The translations under genes were made by a program, and so were the position numbers. A model generated the notes under the pieces. The model was not told where the DNA came from. It saw only the letters and a program-made list of their open reading frames with translations, and made no database searches. Shown here piece after piece: positions 44,831-48,588 of a stretch of DNA of 48,588 nucleotides (position 1 is the stretch's first letter; each line of letters starts with the position of its first letter). Location of the stretch: assembly GCA_012842045.1 (NCBI GenBank), contig DUTP01000001.1, positions 94,534 to 143,121 of the forward strand, read 5' to 3'. Source of the stretch: Candidatus Dojkabacteria bacterium (lineage in GTDB: Bacteria; Patescibacteriota; Dojkabacteria; SC72).

Positions 44831-46348
44831 CTATGGTTGATCTTTACACTTCCTATATATATCTAACCATATTCTAAAGTCTTCCATACTTATCCTACTA
44901 TCATCATTAAGATCTCCATGTAATAGATATTCTCCTTGTTTGACTTCTACAGGGGTATTACTACTTGTATTTCCACCATTGCCGAGTTGACCAAATCCAT
45001 TATGCCCCCAACAGTAGGTTTGACCATTATCTCCTAAACCACAGGTATGTACATCCTCAGCATTTATACTCTTTAATTTTACAGTAGAAGAAATTTCACC
45101 CTGTTTAACTACCACAGGCGTATTACTATTTTTGTTACTACCATCACCCAGTTGACCATTTTTATTCCATCCCCAACAGTAGGCTTGACCATTATCTCCT
45201 AGACCACATGTATGCATAACCCCGGCATAGATGCTAGTTAGTGTTATACCAGAAAGGACACCATCATGTTCCACTGCTACAGGCATATTACTATTTTTAT
45301 TCCCACCATTACCCAGTGCACCCTCACCATTAAACCCCCAACAGTAAGCCCGACCATCATTTCCTAAACCACAAGTATGAAAACCTCCTGTACGTATACT
45401 TGTTAATTTCACAGTAGAAGGTATTGCACCTGGTTTAACTGCTACTGGTATATTACTTGTTTCATAATTACCATTACCTAATTGCCCATTTGTATTTTGT
45501 CCCCAACAGTAAGTCTGTCCATTATTCCCTAAACCACAAGTGTGATAACTTCCTGTATTTATACTTATCAATTTCACAGTAGAGGGTATCTCTCCTAGCT
45601 TAACTGCTACTGGGGTATTACTATCTACATTATCACCATTGCCTAGTGCACCATAATAATTACTTCCCCAACAGTAAGCCCGACCATCATTTCCTAAACC
45701 ACAACTATGTATATATCCTGTACTAATACCTGTTAATTTTACAGTAGAAGGTATTACACCTGGTTTAACTGCTACGGGTGTATTACTATCTGCATTATCA
45801 CCACAACCTAACTGACCATTCTTATTCCTTCCCCAACAGTAGGCTTTACCATTACCACCTAAACCACAAGTATGCATACCCCCTGCTTTTATACTTGTTA
45901 ATGTTACAGAAGAAGGAATGGCTCCTTGCTTAACTATTACGGGCATATTACGGTCTGCATCTTCACCACTCTCTCCATTACCTAATTGACCATACTCATT
46001 ATATCCCCAACAATAGGCTTGACCATTAGAATCTAAACTACAAGTAGTACCACTCCCCGCATCAATCTCCTTATACCCATAACCATTAGACTTAAAATTC
46101 CTAAAATAGGTTAACCATAATCCAAAATCTACCATACTAACCTTACCATCACCATTAAAATCTGCCTTCTTATACTCCTCTGGTAACTCTAAGATACTCG
46201 CCTTACTCCTACTATCAAAACTATCTCCCCTATTAACCGTATATATTAATACTGAAAATGCTGTAAGAAAAAGAAATGATAGTACAAAGAAAGGTATAGC
46301 CTTCTTATCTCTCATCTTTATATTTTTAAAAATATTGTTCATTATCAC
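44831..46348 (-). CDS. Seven-repeat RCC1/BLIP-II beta-propeller surface protein flanked by two dockerin-like half sites
   Basis: N-terminal TM, DFNGDGKVSMVDF, seven YCWG.N..G.LG.G repeats, DLNDDSRISMEDF. Confidence 0.85.
   Translation of the reverse strand: MIMNNIFKNIKMRDKKAIPFFVLSFLFLTAFSVLIYTVNRGDSFDSRSKASILELPEEYKKADFNGDGKVSMVDFGLWLTYFRNFKSNGYGYKEIDAGSGTTCSLDSNGQAYCWGYNEYGQLGNGESGEDADRNMPVIVKQGAIPSSVTLTSIKAGGMHTCGLGGNGKAYCWGRNKNGQLGCGDNADSNTPVAVKPGVIPSTVKLTGISTGYIHSCGLGNDGRAYCWGSNYYGALGNGDNVDSNTPVAVKLGEIPSTVKLISINTGSYHTCGLGNNGQTYCWGQNTNGQLGNGNYETSNIPVAVKPGAIPSTVKLTSIRTGGFHTCGLGNDGRAYCWGFNGEGALGNGGNKNSNMPVAVEHDGVLSGITLTSIYAGVMHTCGLGDNGQAYCWGWNKNGQLGDGSNKNSNTPVVVKQGEISSTVKLKSINAEDVHTCGLGDNGQTYCWGHNGFGQLGNGGNTSSNTPVEVKQGEYLLHGDLNDDSRISMEDFRIWLDIYRKCKDQP
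44848..45041. repeat. 194-bp direct repeat, copy 1 (copy 2 at 48296-48489)
   Basis: Hand alignment shows three mismatches. Confidence 0.9.
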
Positions 46349-47008
46349 CTATATCTTCTCCTCAAACTTCTTCCTCCTACTTTCCTTCTGTATGAATACA
46401 AACTTCTCCTTACCCTCACTTACAAACGAAGAAAGTACAGACCATGAGATTCCTAATAGTAACAAACCTGTACCTAGAAGAATAGTTCCATTTGTATTAT
46501 CAAACAGACCTGTTTTTGGTGTTTCTGTTGTTTCTCTCCTTTCCGTGGAACCTGACTGAAGAGTGAGGATATAATTTCCTCCTGTACTCTTTGCAGAGGT
46601 AGGATCAAGCCTTGTAAATGTAAATGTTGAATCTCCCTCACCAGTAGCCTTAAACAGTAATGAGATCACTGCCCCATTGTACGGTGCAGGTGTTTGCTCC
46701 CCCGTATTGAAACATTCTACATTTATAACAGCACCTCCTGATTGAGGGAAAACATTCAGAGTACCACACTTACCTGCTACCTGAGTTGCAGAAACAAACT
46801 CTACTGGTCCTGTAAATGACATATCCAAATCTATTCCTATAAACTCATCTGTCCCACTATCTACACTTATTTCTAAGTATGTACCATCTTTCGTTATAGT
46901 TCCTGATGAAGGAACCAAAGATACTGAATTATATTCAGCAGAAGCTATACCAACAGACAGAAGTAAGAAAAACACTGTCAATATGAATATCTTTCTATAT
47001 TTTTTCAT
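46349..47008 (-). CDS. Secreted cohesin-like beta-domain protein with PxTG-TM anchor
   Basis: Signal peptide ending IASA; beta-strand pattern SVSLVPSSG...GIDLDMSF...VISLLFKATGEG; TPKTG plus TM and basic tail. Confidence 0.55.
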   Translation of the reverse strand: MKKYRKIFILTVFFLLLSVGIASAEYNSVSLVPSSGTITKDGTYLEISVDSGTDEFIGIDLDMSFTGPVEFVSATQVAGKCGTLNVFPQSGGAVINVECFNTGEQTPAPYNGAVISLLFKATGEGDSTFTFTRLDPTSAKSTGGNYILTLQSGSTERRETTETPKTGLFDNTNGTILLGTGLLLLGISWSVLSSFVSEGKEKFVFIQKESRRKKFEEKI

Positions 47009-47069
47009 AGGGCATTTGTATATATATTATTTATTTTTATACTAATTTAAATAGTATTTTAGTATCAAT

Positions 47070-48489
47070 TTATTCTATAACTAATACAGGCTCATTACTG
47101 TTTACATTCTTACCATTACCTAACTGACCAAAACCATTATCCCCTCAACAATAGGTTTTCCCTGTACTACTAACATAAGCACAAGTATGAAGATTCCCTG
47201 AAGAGACGGTTGTGAATACCACCCCTGAAGGAAGAGATACTGGCACGGCTTGTAATCTACCTTGATTACTCCTATCACCCAACTGACCATAATCATTCCT
47301 TCCCCAACAATACGTCTTACCATTACCTATCCCACAGGTATGATAACCACCAGCACTAATACTCTCCAAAGATGATACACCAGTAGGAAGTAATACTAAA
47401 ACAGGAATCTCACTTTGTGTATTACTATTATTACCAAGTTGACCGTAATCATTGTTACCCCAGCAATATCCCTTATTATCACTACCTATCGCACAGGTAT
47501 GACGGGCTCCTGCACTGATACTAACCAACTTTACAGTATTAGGAATTGCACCCTGTTTGACTTCTACAGGGGTGGTTCTTTTATCACGGCTATCACGGCT
47601 ACCATCTCCCAACTGTCCGTATGAATTTAATCCCCAACAATAGGCTTTTTGATTATTACCTAAAGCACAGGTATGAGAACTCCCTACACTAAGATTACTG
47701 AAAGATGTTACCCCTGCAGGAAAAGGAATTAAAATGGGTGCAATATTATTATTGTCATCGTCCCAACAATATACTCTATTATTACTACCCAAAGCACAAC
47801 CATGTCGGTTCCCTACACCAATACTGGTTAACCTTACACCACTAGGAATTTCACCTAATGGAGTCGCTACAGGAACGTTGCTAGTAACAGGATTGGGACC
47901 TAGGCTTAAATAATTTCCCCAACAGTAAGCTTTACCATCATCACCTATACTAAATACACGACTAGCTTCAGTACTAATACTAGTAAGCTTCACGTTATTA
48001 GGAATTGCTCCTTGTTTGACTGCTACTGGTATATTACTATCTGCATTATCACCATTACCTAACTGACCTTCGAAACCAAAACCCCAACAGTAGGCTTGAC
48101 CATCACCATTTATATTACATGTAGTTCTACTACCAACACTAATTAGAGTTGAAGTTAGTCCCTCCCCAGGAGGCATGTTTTCTCCAGGAGGCATGTCTTC
48201 TCCAGGAGGTACTTCTTCGTCAGGAGGTAATTCCACACCAGGTGGTGTTTCCCCTGGGGGTACTTCCTCATCAGGTGGTGTCATTTCACCTTTATACTTC
48301 CTATATATATCCAACCATATTCTAAAGTCTTCCATACTTATCCTATTATCATCATTAAGATCTCCATGTAATAGATATTCTCCTTGTTTGACTTCTACAG
48401 GGGTATTACTACTTGTATTTCCACCATTGCCGAGTTGACCAAATCCATTATACCCCCAACAGTAGGTTTGACCATTATCTCCTAAACCA
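47070..48489 (-). CDS. Second RCC1-repeat/dockerin-like protein; 5' part missing, TGA in the last repeat
   Basis: One repeat, dockerin half, PPGE linker, then seven repeats. The frame continues past TGA 47145-47147 as GDNGFGQLGNGKNVNSNEPVLVIE to TAA 47070. Confidence 0.75.
48161..48280. repeat. 18-bp tandem repeats encoding a (PPGE/D..)n linker
   Basis: Recurring ccaggagg/tcaggtgg units. Confidence 0.85.
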
Positions 48490-48588
48490 ACTCGGCAATG
48501 GTGGAAATACAAGTAGTAATACCCCTGTAGAAGTCAAACAAGGAGAATATCTATTACATGGAGATCTTAATGATGATAATAGGATAAG
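48488..48588. repeat. Terminal inverted copy of 48337-48437
   Basis: Exact reverse complement over 101 nt. Confidence 0.9.

Noticed and set aside
47145-47147. UGA recoding (genetic code 25 or 4)
   Set aside because: TGA is a normal stop for rnhC, topA and others, and long ORFs are intact under code 11.
251-48438. Many short ORFs antisense to or nested in long genes (e.g. 251-436, 3753-4049, 9388-9753, 20610-20990, 21825-22298, 26525-26998, 42427-43038, 48175-48438)
   Set aside because: They fully overlap well-supported genes, show no motifs and mirror the codon bias or repeats of the real gene.
44848-48489. Diversity-generating retroelement TR/VR pair
   Set aside because: The three differences are not adenine-specific (one is C/T on the coding strand), both copies are coding, and there is no reverse transcriptase in the window.
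1-48588. CRISPR array
   Set aside because: No regularly spaced 25-45-bp direct repeats with unique spacers; the periodic repeats are all coding.

Overview
AT-rich bacterial chromosome segment, most likely a Patescibacteria/CPR organism (Dojkabacteria/Microgenomates-like). This is inferred from reduced operons, leaderless promoters and CPR-type surface proteins. The housekeeping backbone includes rnhC, recR, ybaB, dnaX, mfd, pth, ybeY, rpsU, rseP-frr-tsf-rpsB, radC, topA, dprA, mreBCD-mrdA, four tRNAs and rpmG-secE-nusG-rplK-rplA. Main points of interest: (1) a lower-GC, Shine-Dalgarno-led operon of at least 7 genes at 1-5670 (HAD phosphatase, radical SAM, Asp/Glu-racemase-family enzyme, EndoIII-like glycosylase, dNMP kinase, PfkB/P-loop kinase fusion, MazG) that looks like an uncharacterised modified-nucleotide pathway, next to a decayed ppdK remnant; (2) an identical 17-bp box GTTAATCTAGATTTAAT placed exactly 10 nt before the -10 hexamer of radC, dprA and an orphan PD-(D/E)XK nuclease gene; (3) two related promoter-bearing 70-90-nt hairpin RNAs; (4) a ShosTA-like DprA+PRTase pair; (5) uS2 fused to an alpha-CTD-like domain and EF-Ts with a duplicated N-terminal domain; (6) surface proteins with shared sorting motifs, and a cohesin next to split-dockerin RCC1 propellers. 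The last ~100 bp are an inverted copy of nearby sequence and probably an assembly artefact. All family calls come from motif recognition by eye; no database search was run.
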